Shown here in pieces: positions 16,721 through 27,413 of a DNA stretch of 64,000 nucleotides. Made by a program: the position numbers and the translations under genes. The notes under the pieces were generated by a model. The model did no database searches and was not told the DNA's origin. It was given only the letters and a program-made list of their open reading frames with translations. Origin of the DNA: a virus; the IMG/VR virus record IMGVR_UViG_3300050821_006606, positions 2,960-66,959 of that record; one strand, written 5' to 3'. The stretch's first letter is position 1. The number at the start of each line of letters is the position of its first letter.

Positions 16721-18036
16721 CAGGTCAAGGTGTTGATCAGCGTATAGGAGATATCGACCTGGGCATGGCCGGTTTCTGCTGTAGAGACCGTGATCGCCAA
16801 TGTAAGACCCAAGCCGCTACCGGGCTGTGAGCCACCCGTCGCCGTGAATGCGTTAGCAAGAGTTTGGTAACTAGTGCCTAGTGAGGTCAGCGTATAAGTC
16901 AGGACGCCGCCGCCGCCGTCGACGGTGTTCACTTGGTAAGTCGCATCCCCTGAGTCTTGGACAAGAGTGCCTGTATCACCGATCGCATAACCACTACCAC
17001 CCGCCGCGAGGCTACTCGAAGTGATCGGGCCCCAAACACCCATATCGGCGGCTTGAGTGATTGCAATCCCCTGGTCATCTTCAAACTGAGAGATCGTATT
17101 ACCCGCCGCATCGAACACCAATGAATCCCCAGCATTTCCAAACAGCGGCGACAAATTGCTGTTCATAATATCGAAGCCGAGATTATCGGAAAATACCAAT
17201 TCCAATGGCAATACCGCCGAAGCTCCAAAGGGCGCTGTTCCGCCTTTATATTGGGCCGTCGCGGAAATGACGTTGATCGTCTTTCCAGAGCCGGGAGCGG
17301 CAATCGCGGTAATCGGAACAGAATTCAGTTCTGTCAACGCGGTTTCGGAGATTGGGACCGAGACCGTGAGGACAGCACCCGATCCGCCGCTTCCATTCGA
17401 TGCCGCTGTGATGCGGCCCTTGCCATCGACGGTGATGTTGGCATTGGTGAACGAACCAACATCAGGGTTGACCGTCGCCAAGGTCGCCGCTTGGGAGCCT
17501 GATCCCGGGCCGGCCGTAACATCGCCAGTCAATTGAGTGATGCCAGATCCGCCGGTTCCGTTTGACGCGGCCGTAATCTGGCCGGCAGCGTTCACGGTGG
17601 CATTCATGTTCGTATAGCTGCCGGCCGTCACACCAGTTGGCGTGATCGTCGTGGTCTCAGACCCGGAACCTGGACCGGCAGTGACTGGGCCGGTGAGTTG
17701 AGTGATCCCAGAGCCACTTGTCACGTCTTCAGCCAGGATAGCCGCACTCAAGATTGTATCGGCCGGAAGAAATGCCGCGATACCGGGTCCGTTGGAACTG
17801 AAGAGCGGCCCTCGGGTCAGCAGCGGTACAGGCCCGGTGGCATTGTATGTGCCGTGGCCGACTTCCCAGATCAGGCCGCCGGCCGCCTGGACACTGTACG
17901 ACACTTGGTTGCCGTTGACGGCACCCGCCTGTGCCAGACTTTGAAACCCTGGCACCACCGCACCCAGCAGCATGTGGCCGGCACCAGCGGTGTTCTGGAC
18001 CAGCATTTTAACCATGTCGAAGAGTGGAGCGGGCAT
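16720..18036 (-). CDS. Fiber-like virion protein
   Basis: WEVGHGTY N-terminal module; two GITQLTG.VTAGPGSGS..GS.TN....V...G.ITAASNG fiber repeats; C-terminal GGSGYAIGD module. Confidence 0.65.
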   Translation of the reverse strand: MPAPLFDMVKMLVQNTAGAGHMLLGAVVPGFQSLAQAGAVNGNQVSYSVQAAGGLIWEVGHGTYNATGPVPLLTRGPLFSSNGPGIAAFLPADTILSAAILAEDVTSGSGITQLTGPVTAGPGSGSETTTITPTGVTAGSYTNMNATVNAAGQITAASNGTGGSGITQLTGDVTAGPGSGSQAATLATVNPDVGSFTNANITVDGKGRITAASNGSGGSGAVLTVSVPISETALTELNSVPITAIAAPGSGKTINVISATAQYKGGTAPFGASAVLPLELVFSDNLGFDIMNSNLSPLFGNAGDSLVFDAAGNTISQFEDDQGIAITQAADMGVWGPITSSSLAAGGSGYAIGDTGTLVQDSGDATYQVNTVDGGGGVLTYTLTSLGTSYQTLANAFTATGGSQPGSGLGLTLAITVSTAETGHAQVDISYTLINTLT

Positions 18037-18913
18037 TATTGGACCGTCGCGGTTGCCGAGACTGCCTTACCGTCTTTGTCCCGATTCAGGGATACCATCC
18101 TCGGCGCGCGGATTGCCTGATCAAGCGTTTCGGTCCATTGCTTCATGTTGGTCATCAAACTTTCATGGCCGCCAGCGAGCGTCTTCATTTGCTCGGCTTG
18201 GCTCTGAGTCTGCCGGTCCAACGTCGCGGCGACCTCAGTCAGCGCGCCCTTGTGCTCTCCCTGAGACCCGCGCATGTCATCGACGAGCGAGGTTACCGCA
18301 TCAGCCATCGCCCGTATGACATCGGTGTTCTCTTGGAGAGAAGCGCGAAACTCTTCGACTTTCTCCGTGTTGGCCTTCAGCGCTTCACTCAGGCTCCATA
18401 GGCCAGCGATCATGTTCGGCGGGATCGTCAGCATCAGCGCCGGGCCGTGATCAGTGTCCTCTTTGAGAGCGGCCTTGGTCTCTTTCTCGGCGCGGGCAGG
18501 CGAAACCGGCTCTTCGTCGACAATCTCGTGATGAACCGGCGACCATCCGTCGTTCATGTGTACTCCGTCACCTTCGTTGGCGGCGCCACTCGATTATATC
18601 GCATATATTGGGCACTCGGCAGAAATGCGAACCCACGTTGATCATTGAGTTCTTCAGGAGTGATCCCATGGATCATGATCGCTTCATCCTGCGGGTAAAA
18701 ACCTCTGGCGATATAATACTGTTCAAGCTCAATGTTTTGCATCGCCGCCAAAGAAAGATAGGCCCTCACTGGCGGTGGGTCTTTCGCGACTGTCACGGAG
18801 ACCCCTCTGTTTTCGAGATGCTTCGCGACATCCTCACGGACCATCACGATGCCGAGGTGCGTCCCGGTTGTATCGACCAGTTTGAACCATGCGCCTGATA
18901 GCCGTCCGCTCAT
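18036..18913 (-). other. Two hypothetical ORFs following portal (18036-18557 coiled-coil; 18554-18913)
   Basis: Translationally coupled; C-terminal RDKDGKAV motif in first. Confidence 0.6.
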
Positions 18914-21348
18914 GCCGCCCTCTGTGGCTTGCCATCCTGCCCGAGCGTCCACCGCTGGCCATTGGCGAAGCGGGTTATGCGGCCGGGCTTGAGATGCTGC
19001 AAGGCTTCTGGGGGCAGCGCTCCGGCCTCCTGGGGCTGACTTGGCGCTTGAGGCGCCGAACTTGGACCTTCGGCCGGCATACTTGGAGCATTCGGCGCTG
19101 TCCCGGCAGCTTGGCTCGCGCCGCCAGTGTCGTTCGCCGGTTCCTGTCCTTGGTTTTCCAGCACGTGCACGAGACCGGTCGTCTCCTCGCCCAATTCGTT
19201 TATCTGGGAGGCGATATGCGTATTGAAATTCGCGTTAGCCTTCTGGTTGATCGCGGCCATTTTGGTCTCGGTATCCGAGATGACCTTCAGCAAAGCCGCT
19301 TCGAACCGCTTTTCGATATCATCGTGTTTGATCGCGCGATCGGCGTTCTTGTCCTGCAACGCGGCCATGGCCTGCCGTAGCTGCTCGGAAAGCTGCTTGA
19401 TCGCGTTCTCCTGCCCCTGAAGGATCGCCTGCACCTGGGGCGTGACATCCTTCATATCCGGCGACATGAGTTGCGGTGGGATGGTCTTCGCGAGCCGAGC
19501 AGCGATTTGCTCCGCACCTGGCCAATCTTGCGCCTGCGCGAACAGATCGACCACCAGAGCGGCGGTCTGCGGCAGCGCTTTCATGAAGGCCATCATATTT
19601 TCAGATGCTTCGATCCGCTTCGTCGCGTAGGATGGCCCGATCGTCACCGTGACGCCGTAGCGCCCGTAGGTCGGGTTGTAGAGTTTGCGGACCTTCCCAT
19701 CCGGCCGGCGCTCCTCCCCAGAGGCCCGGTTCATGTTCGGATCGATCTTGACCTGTTCCTCTTTCTCGTCCTCGCGCAAGATCGTGAGCACCCGCGGCTC
19801 ATCGTAAACTTTGGGGATCAGTTCGACCATGATCTCCCCAGCGCGCTTCAGCGAGCGAGCGAGGTTGTCGATGTAGTGGAATGCTCCGATATCGCCCGAG
19901 CGGCGAAGTTCCCGGATCGCCTTCCCGGACTCGTCGATCATCCGCTCGTTCATCGTGGCGTCGAACCGGATCCCGGTCGTCGCCATCATGTCCTGCGCTG
20001 CCCCAGCGATCGCCGCCTCAATACCCGCCGGAATGCCCGCCATGGGCTGACGCTGCGGCGGAGGCGCCGGATGACCGGCTACCGAGGTGCCCTTGTAGGA
20101 CAGATATGGGATGTTCTTGACGTTCGCGTTTTTGAACTCGTCCTCGTGGCCCTCGATCTGGCCCTCTTCCACCACCCAAGGCGACTTCGGCTGAAGCGCG
20201 ATCAGTTCTGTCTCGGCCGTCTTCCAGTAGTTAAACATCCGCTGTGGGTCTTTCGCGTTGCGGATGATACCGGACAGCTTAGATTTACCCTCAACGTCGG
20301 TTTCCTCACCAATAACTTTAACTACTGGTATAGTAGAACCCAGCCATTCACGCTCCATGAGGACATCGGTCGCGGTCACCTTGTACCACATGACCTTGGG
20401 CACCCGGCTCTCGCGCTCATCGACTACTTTCACTCGATTGCGCTTAATCTTGGCCTTCACAATATCGTCGAGTTCGTCCTTCCACCCGACATGCCCATTG
20501 TCGAGCTTCACAAGTATTTTGGTGTCGTACTCGATCTCGAAATACTCAGCGATCCGGATTTCGTCTTTAGATGCCCAGGTTGACATCTTCTCGCCAATAC
20601 CGGCGTCCGTGTAGGGCATCTCCGGGACATCCGGATATTTCTCTTTGAACTCGTCCCGCGTGATCATCTCCGTGACGAACGCATATTTGGCGTCCGCACC
20701 GGTCGGATCTTGGTGCGCAGGATCGAGGTAGACCGTGAAGGCATTCCGGATGCGCCGCACAACCAGCACGAGATTGAAGCTGTCCGGAGCTTCCCATTCA
20801 GTGAGGATGCGAAAAAATCCCCAACCCATTGTCACGGCATCGTCAAAAGCCGTGTCATAAGCGATGTCCGCCGAGCAATCCCGCTCGATGAACCGGATCA
20901 TGCCGCGGTAGAGTTTGGCGACATCACTATCGCCTCGATCGCCCACCGGAGAAATGTTGATCGCCGGCCGGTTCTGGCGCTGATCGTTCACGATCTGATG
21001 TATGAACGTCGGCAGCTTATTGATTGTTAAACATGGCCTTTTGTCGATATTTCGTTGCGCCATTATCGCGGTCGGCCACTGTTCGCCAACCCGGAATAGC
21101 TTGTCGTCCAGACCGGACTTCCGCATCTCGCTCTCGGAAGAAATGCATTTTTCCATTCTTTTTCGAATTCGATCGAGCAACTTCGCCTTTTTGGCTTCGG
21201 CTCCCTCAGGAGCTTTGTTGCTCAGTCTGACAATGCCCTTGTCGTCGAAATTGGACAGATCGCGAGGCGCGACCTTAACCATGGCGCTATCAGTTGGCGG
21301 CATACGCACGCGCCCGGAATCCGGCGCGCGAAGGGGACTATCGGCCAT
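18910..21348 (-). CDS. Portal protein, P22-like
   Basis: GEQWP..RPCLTINKLP..NDQRQNRP..GIIRNAKDPQRMFNYW..SGKAI..GPSYATKR. Confidence 0.92.
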   Translation of the reverse strand: MADSPLRAPDSGRVRMPPTDSAMVKVAPRDLSNFDDKGIVRLSNKAPEGAEAKKAKLLDRIRKRMEKCISSESEMRKSGLDDKLFRVGEQWPTAIMAQRNIDKRPCLTINKLPTFIHQIVNDQRQNRPAINISPVGDRGDSDVAKLYRGMIRFIERDCSADIAYDTAFDDAVTMGWGFFRILTEWEAPDSFNLVLVVRRIRNAFTVYLDPAHQDPTGADAKYAFVTEMITRDEFKEKYPDVPEMPYTDAGIGEKMSTWASKDEIRIAEYFEIEYDTKILVKLDNGHVGWKDELDDIVKAKIKRNRVKVVDERESRVPKVMWYKVTATDVLMEREWLGSTIPVVKVIGEETDVEGKSKLSGIIRNAKDPQRMFNYWKTAETELIALQPKSPWVVEEGQIEGHEDEFKNANVKNIPYLSYKGTSVAGHPAPPPQRQPMAGIPAGIEAAIAGAAQDMMATTGIRFDATMNERMIDESGKAIRELRRSGDIGAFHYIDNLARSLKRAGEIMVELIPKVYDEPRVLTILREDEKEEQVKIDPNMNRASGEERRPDGKVRKLYNPTYGRYGVTVTIGPSYATKRIEASENMMAFMKALPQTAALVVDLFAQAQDWPGAEQIAARLAKTIPPQLMSPDMKDVTPQVQAILQGQENAIKQLSEQLRQAMAALQDKNADRAIKHDDIEKRFEAALLKVISDTETKMAAINQKANANFNTHIASQINELGEETTGLVHVLENQGQEPANDTGGASQAAGTAPNAPSMPAEGPSSAPQAPSQPQEAGALPPEALQHLKPGRITRFANGQRWTLGQDGKPQRAA

Positions 21349-21353
21349 TTGTT

Positions 21354-21400
21354 ACCCGCTCTTGGCGGTGGAGGGGAACCCGGTGAGCCGCGAACCGGTA
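21354..21400 (-). promoter_or_regulatory. Two head-gene leader hairpins (portal)
   Basis: TACCGGT TCGCGGCTC ACCGGGT (21378-21400) and CCACCGC CAAGA GCGGGT (21354-21371). Confidence 0.7.
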
Positions 21401-21501
21401 CGCTCGATCACGATAGGGTTATGTCGAAGGAAAAAGCAAGCCGCTTGACGAATCAGTCCGCGACGCACCCTCTGCGCACGGACGTTTCCCCCCAAAAACT
21501 C

Positions 21502-21533
21502 AAAGGCCCGTCATCATCTTGGCGGGCTTTTTC
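21502..21533 (+). terminator. Intrinsic terminator
   Basis: GGCCCGTCA-loop-TGGCGGGCT followed by a T tract. Confidence 0.7.
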
Positions 21534-21536
21534 TTG

Positions 21537-23616
21537 TCAAGGCCGTTGGCTCAGCGGCGGCGGCATGGTCGCACCGGCAAACCTGTCGTGGATTTGGACC
21601 CAGGACACAAAATTGCGGTTCTCCACGGTATCAGCACAGGTCATCGCCTGGATTGTGCCGTCCTGCTGATAAATCCGATAGTGGATCACACCGTCGACGA
21701 TTTTCAGCTTCGACCAATCGGTGACGCACAGGGGAATGCCAAATCTCTTGGTCATGATTTGTCCATCGCGGCGATCGCGGCTCGGGCGCAATCCGTAGCA
21801 TCGCTCTCGCTCATTTGTTCATAGGGGCTTTCCGACCACTTATTGAACTCATCCCGGATCGCCCGCGCCACATGCTCGACCTGGGCCTCATTGACCGGCG
21901 GCACAGGAATGCCCAGCTTCTCAGCGGCCTTGGCGAGCGTCGCGGCGGGATCGGAGGGACGCATTGGGCCCAATGTAAAATCAGGCATGGTCAGCCAGCC
22001 ACCGGAATGCCTGTCGGATTGTCTCAGGCCAACAATCTTTCATGAATGTCACCGCGATCGGTGTGCAGTGCGGCGCATTCCATGCCGCTTCACTTGCTGG
22101 ATAAGCCGCCACCCGAATGGCCCATGATTCCAAAAGATCGGAAACCTGCTGAACGTCTTGCTCCAGTGATTTCACGGAAGTCGTGTAGGGCTCACTCACA
22201 AACCCCCACGGTTCGTGCGGCGGCCGGCAAAACCCGAGCGACCAGCTATGGTCCAGACGAATGACATCATTGACACGCGCCGCGACAGCCATCCAGACCA
22301 ATTCATCTGCCGGTTTGTCACTCCAAAAGCCCGGCCAGTTTAACATCGGAAATGCGCAAAATTCACCGCATCGGGTCAGCGGCACGATACAACCCTTCTC
22401 GCCGTAAGTATCTTGGGAAATGCGGTTGGCCAACGCCAGTTGTGCTTTTGTCGGCTTATATTTCAGCTTGTCCATGGTCCGATGCTCCATTCAAAACCAG
22501 TCTTCGTCACAGCGGAGTGTCCTACTGACGATCCCTCCAAGCCTGCGCATATTTTCGTTGGTATATGGCTCGGGCACCTGTGGCTCCTTGTGAATCGGAT
22601 TTGAGACGTAATTGCAGAGATCGGCCCGGGCATTGCGCAAGAAAGTCGCGAACATTGGTATCTTCGCCGCCTCGAATACGAACCGGTTGAGATTTACACC
22701 GTAAGTCGGCACCACGGTCAGCATCATATCGAGAATATCCTCGATTGACGCGCCTTGGTTAAACCTGTAGATGGGCATCCACGCGCACTTCTCATCTCGA
22801 TCAATTGCAATCCGGACCCGACGCCAGAGAGCTTCCTGGCCGTTTTCAATAATAAAGCGGTCTCCGACCGGGCCATCGGTTCCACATGCCCAGAACCAAT
22901 CATCTTTCGGCATGGCCTATCCTTGGTCGTTCGAGGTCAACACACTCGCCATCGATGGTCAGCTTGCAGACCGGGCATTCCTTCGGAATTTCCGCCGGCG
23001 GACCACACCAGTCATGCCCACAAACAAACACGACATGGGCAGCGCCAAAAGTCACAGTGTAGCCCTTCAGCAACTCCGCAATCTCATCCATCAGCGCCAC
23101 CGATCCTCGGGAACAATCTGCCCGGACTCGATGACCCAGCGCAGTTTGTCGCTCATCGTTTTTCCCGGCGCCTCAGAGAGAATTCTCGTCGGAGTGAGCA
23201 TCGTCACCGCCAGTTGTTTCCCGGTGCCGTCGAAGATCAGCCATCCGTTTGTCGAAAAATGAGTTTCTATATCCAATAAGATTTCGGTTTCAGACACGGT
23301 ATGCATCTCCTTCTGGTGGTTCGCCCATCGCCTGCTTTAGCCGTGCGAAATTCAGCTTCTCGACCCACGGCCCGATGTTTTCGTGCTCCGATACCGGCAC
23401 CTTGATGTGGAGTTCGCTCGCTGGGTGGAACAGAACGATCATCGGCTCTTGACCGATGTCGTTCATGAGGTGCGCCTCCATGTCATCCGGTAGGCCGGGA
23501 AGCGCTTCCGGATCGATCTTGGGTAGCGCGGCGATATTGATCCGGCGCACCGGAATCGGATTGCCGGCATCATCGACGACATCACGCGCCGCGCTACTGA
23601 GGAGTTCCTTCTTCAT
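21537..23616 (-). other. Seven small hypothetical ORFs (21537-21755, 21752-21988, 21981-22490, 22491-22913, 22900-23100, 23091-23306, 23290-23616)
   Basis: Tightly packed or overlapping same-strand ORFs; no recognisable families. Confidence 0.55.
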
Positions 23617-25121
23617 GGGAGATTCCCCACATCACTCTGGACCTTCGCCAGCGCGGTCAGCGCCAGCGTCAGATCGGCCTTGACCAGCGCTGAGCCTGCC
23701 TTGGCCTGTGCGGCGAGGATTTGCGTCTTCACCGCAGCGATATCCGTCAGCGCCGTCGCGACAGTGACCGGGACACCGACCACGGGAGATGTTGCCGGTG
23801 ACCAGCCTCCGGGCCCGGTCCAGAGATACCAGCCGCTTCCCTGGGCTGGTATGGCCTGCCCGTAGAGACCGCCATTATACCAGACAAGTTGCGCCGTCCC
23901 ATCGCCGTCCGGCATGGGTGCGCCGTTCTCAAGCGCCAAGCCGGCCGTGGTGATGGTGTAGACGTTCCCGGAGGTATCGACGATCGAACCGACACCCGGC
24001 GTGATGGCCGTGCCTGAGGGCGATGCGGAGACCGGACCGGTTGCGCCAGTCGCTCCCGTGGCGCCCGTGCTGCCGCCTCCCGTTGATCCGGTCGCGCCCG
24101 TGCTTCCGGTCGCTCCCGTAGCGCCTGTAGCGCCCGTCGCCGTCGCGTAGTTTGCCGGGACGGTAAACACACGGAAGTCGCTGATGATCATTGGCTCGAA
24201 CGACGTGGTTCCAGCCGGAGGAGCTCCCACCCAGCTATTCGGATTACTGCCGATCGCCAGGTTGTTGATCGGATACACCGGAATATCCGGGCCGTTCAGA
24301 TCGTTGGTCGCCGGCCAAACAAACATGCATTTGTCGTCGACGAAAGCCGCGTTCACGTCATCCGTCATCAGCGCGCCGTACTTGTGTGGTCCCGCGCCTG
24401 GATCGAAATCGATCGGCATCGTAAAGGTCGCCGTCGCGTTCGGCGGACCACCAGCCGCGATGTACTGCGGCTGCGGGTTGAGCAGCTTGACCTTGGCGAG
24501 CCAGTTCGGGTCGTTGGTATGGATCGAGGTCGTCAGCATCCATTGCGTGCCCGTTGGGTTGACCAATTCAATCAAGTCGAACTCGCCCGCCGGCCACTTC
24601 CCAATGTTCGGCAGGATCCAGAGCGCCCCCCACATGCCTTTGCCCGACGGCACCTGGGCGGTCCATTCGAAATACGCCGGAGCCGGATTACCGTTCGGGA
24701 ATGTGACGGCGGCACCAGAAAGGATTGTCTGATTGGCGAATGACGGTCCGAGTAGCGTCTTCTCGGCAGGCGTCAACAGCCGCGGCTGGATCGTCAACGG
24801 CCCCTGCGGACCGGGCGATGTCATGCATGTGGTCCCGAGCAAATTCATGCCGGTCTTCGTCAGGTAAGCCTCGGCCTCGGTTCCGGGATTCAGGAATGCT
24901 CCAACGATCTGGCCCAGGCCGTTGGTCTGCTGCGCTTCGTCCTGCGAGAAACCCGCGCTCCATTGCGTGGTCTCACTCAGCGGCGGATACGGTGCGACAG
25001 GCAGCGGGTAGGGCGGTTGGTTCCATCCCGTCGCCGGCGCGGAGAACAGCGTCGTGCCGTCCATCAGTTGGGTGAAGCCGGCCATGTTGAGCGGATCGCC
25101 GATTTGGACCTGGGCCGCCAT
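23613..25121 (-). CDS. GH16-family glycoside hydrolase with collagen-like linker
   Basis: YFEW..GKGMWGALWIL..W..GEFDLIE (ExDxxE), HKYG, NLAIG; (GAT/GST)n repeats. Confidence 0.75.
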   Translation of the reverse strand: MAAQVQIGDPLNMAGFTQLMDGTTLFSAPATGWNQPPYPLPVAPYPPLSETTQWSAGFSQDEAQQTNGLGQIVGAFLNPGTEAEAYLTKTGMNLLGTTCMTSPGPQGPLTIQPRLLTPAEKTLLGPSFANQTILSGAAVTFPNGNPAPAYFEWTAQVPSGKGMWGALWILPNIGKWPAGEFDLIELVNPTGTQWMLTTSIHTNDPNWLAKVKLLNPQPQYIAAGGPPNATATFTMPIDFDPGAGPHKYGALMTDDVNAAFVDDKCMFVWPATNDLNGPDIPVYPINNLAIGSNPNSWVGAPPAGTTSFEPMIISDFRVFTVPANYATATGATGATGATGSTGATGSTGGGSTGATGATGATGPVSASPSGTAITPGVGSIVDTSGNVYTITTAGLALENGAPMPDGDGTAQLVWYNGGLYGQAIPAQGSGWYLWTGPGGWSPATSPVVGVPVTVATALTDIAAVKTQILAAQAKAGSALVKADLTLALTALAKVQSDVGNLP

Positions 25122-25133
25122 ATTTCTCTCCTG

Positions 25134-26470
25134 TCAGAACGCGCTGCGCGCGAGATATCGTTCTTCGGCCGCTTTCCAGTGCTTTTCGCTCACATTGCCC
25201 GGCTCGTCACCCGCGTCGATCGCGGCCTCGATCGCATCGAGCGCGATGTTCTTCTGCTGGCGGCGAGACTTTCCCGGCAACGTCGCCGGCCGCTTGATAG
25301 AGTACGTGCCGTGCCCGGAAAAGCCCAGATACATGATCGCATCCTCGGCCGTGGCCGGGTCGTAGAATTCCACCGTGTTCCAGGTGATCAGCGGCATCAG
25401 GTCTTTTTCTCGGCGATCTTCTGCTTCACCTTGGCCCGAAACCGCCGCAGAAATCCATCCAATTGATCCGGGCACTCAGCGTAGAGCGCGATCAGCGAGT
25501 CCGCGGCGTGATACAGGAAGGTCTTGTTGAGGGTCGGCTCCTTGTGCCGTCGGAGCATGGCAGTCGCTCGATTGTCCCGGGCAACACGGAAAGAGACGTG
25601 TCCCGATTTCCGACGAACCACGCGGCCGTCTCTCTTGAGTAGTTCGCCGTGATCGACGCGGAAATCCATTTCATGGACAAGCCCGCAATCGCAGCACGCC
25701 AAGCGATAGCTCCGGTGTGTGGGAAATTCCCATGCGGTCCACCGGCTTCCCTCGGGCACCGTATCTCTGATTTCGCGGTAATTGCGGCGACGCTTCATGC
25801 GGCTCCATCCGGATCAACGGGACGATACCCCAGGTTGCGCATGATCCGGCCCTCGACCATCGCTTCCGTCATGTCCCCTATAAGAGAGGCTCGTGTCATG
25901 TCAGGCAACATGCTTATAGGGAATCGCGGGTGGGATGACCACCATGTTGTTGATACCCAGTACTGACCGGTCTCTTCGTGAAAAACGAACGATGCACAGG
26001 CGATCGCATCAGGCGGAGGGTCACAGTTCAGGATACCGGTACTCCACTTGCGTAGGGCCGCTGTCACAGGCGAAGACGGGATAGGCCGCTCATAGATGCG
26101 CAACTCAGCGCCCCCTTTGAGCGTCACCTTGCCGATCCGGACGCGGGCCGATGTCATCCCAGCACCATCGACGCGGCGACCACCACGCTGACCGCACAGG
26201 CACCGCAGGCGGCCAGCAGCAGCAGCGTGATGATCAGGTCACTGTTCATCAGGAGTCATCTTCTGTCGGGTCCGTAGCCACATCAGACATCGCGATCATG
26301 GATTGCCGCTGCCGGAGATCGGCCAGCTTGGCCAGCAGGTTCTGATGGGCTTGCTCGACCTGCCTACGCAATTCTCCGTACGCATTGGAGACCAGTTCCA
26401 GCCGGTCGATGTCCCATTGGGATGCTTCCCTGGTCTCGTCTCTGGTCACATCGTAAATTCTGACTGCCAT
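25134..26470 (-). other. Small hypothetical ORFs (25134-25397, 25397-25798 with CCDCGLVH, 25795-26157, 26249-26470)
   Basis: Coupled same-strand ORFs. Confidence 0.55.
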
Positions 26471-26558
26471 CTGGCTTCTGTCCCTTGGGAAACCACAATA
26501 TATGCAATACCCAGTCTGATCCACAACGCACCATGAGTTGCACGACTCTGTGCGGCGT

Positions 26559-27230
26559 TTAGGCGGCAACACAGCGAAGACGATACCTTTCCCGCAAGGC
26601 CGCTCGACTTTGTTCGAGGTTCGCATAATAGTGCGCTGCGGCACGAAGGCGGTTACATTCCTTACATTCACCTCCCTGTCTATTTCTCGTGCTGGTCGAG
26701 CGGCGCATGATGTTGTCTTCGATATAGGGATGGCCGCATTTGAATTGCGTTTTCGGCGGCTTCGGAGGCCGCGCCAGCCTTGCTTGGCGTTGTTTTTCCA
26801 GATTCCTTGTCTGATAGATACCGTCGCATATACGACAAAGGCGACGGCCGCGGCCTTCGCGTCCAGGTTTGCGAATAGTATTCTCTTCTGAATATGGGTG
26901 CCCGGCTTTGCAATGGGTTTTCGCGAGTTGGCGCTGCGCTGCCGTCTTGCCAGTATTCCCTCGCCGGATGTTAATCTTGCGAGTCACGGCCTCCAGATGA
27001 GCCGGATTTACGCAGCATCGGACCCTACAAAGATGGTCCAGTTCAAGACCCTCCGGAATTGGCCCTGTAAATAGACGATAAGCCACTCGATGAGCCAATT
27101 CTTGCTTGCCAGCGTCATCTGCGATGAATCCGTAGCCGGTCTGCCATGACCATGCGCCGGCCCACAACCAGCATCCGGAATTTGGCTCCGGGATGTACTT
27201 CGCCTCAAATCGTTCCAGCAGAGTGGCCAT
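26559..27230 (-). CDS. HNH homing endonuclease with C-terminal CxxGH zinc-ribbon repeats
   Basis: SGCWLWAG..GYG..AHRVAY..GPIPEGLELDHLCRVRCCVNPAHLEAVT..N; THCKAGHPY, FKCGHPY. Confidence 0.88.
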   Translation of the reverse strand: MATLLERFEAKYIPEPNSGCWLWAGAWSWQTGYGFIADDAGKQELAHRVAYRLFTGPIPEGLELDHLCRVRCCVNPAHLEAVTRKINIRRGNTGKTAAQRQLAKTHCKAGHPYSEENTIRKPGREGRGRRLCRICDGIYQTRNLEKQRQARLARPPKPPKTQFKCGHPYIEDNIMRRSTSTRNRQGGECKECNRLRAAAHYYANLEQSRAALRERYRLRCVAA

Positions 27231-27413
27231 AGTCTTTTATAAAGACTGCTTTTGTGTCGGCCGACCATACGTGTTGACGGCCTTAATTTGAGGAATGTCG
27301 GCCTTCTGCATTCCTTTATTGATGCCGGAGCCACGGATCGAGCCCTGGTCGCGCTCCATGGTGGGTTTTGTCGAGTTCGGGCCGGGAGAGGGAGATTTCA
27401 TGGGTGTGCTCCG

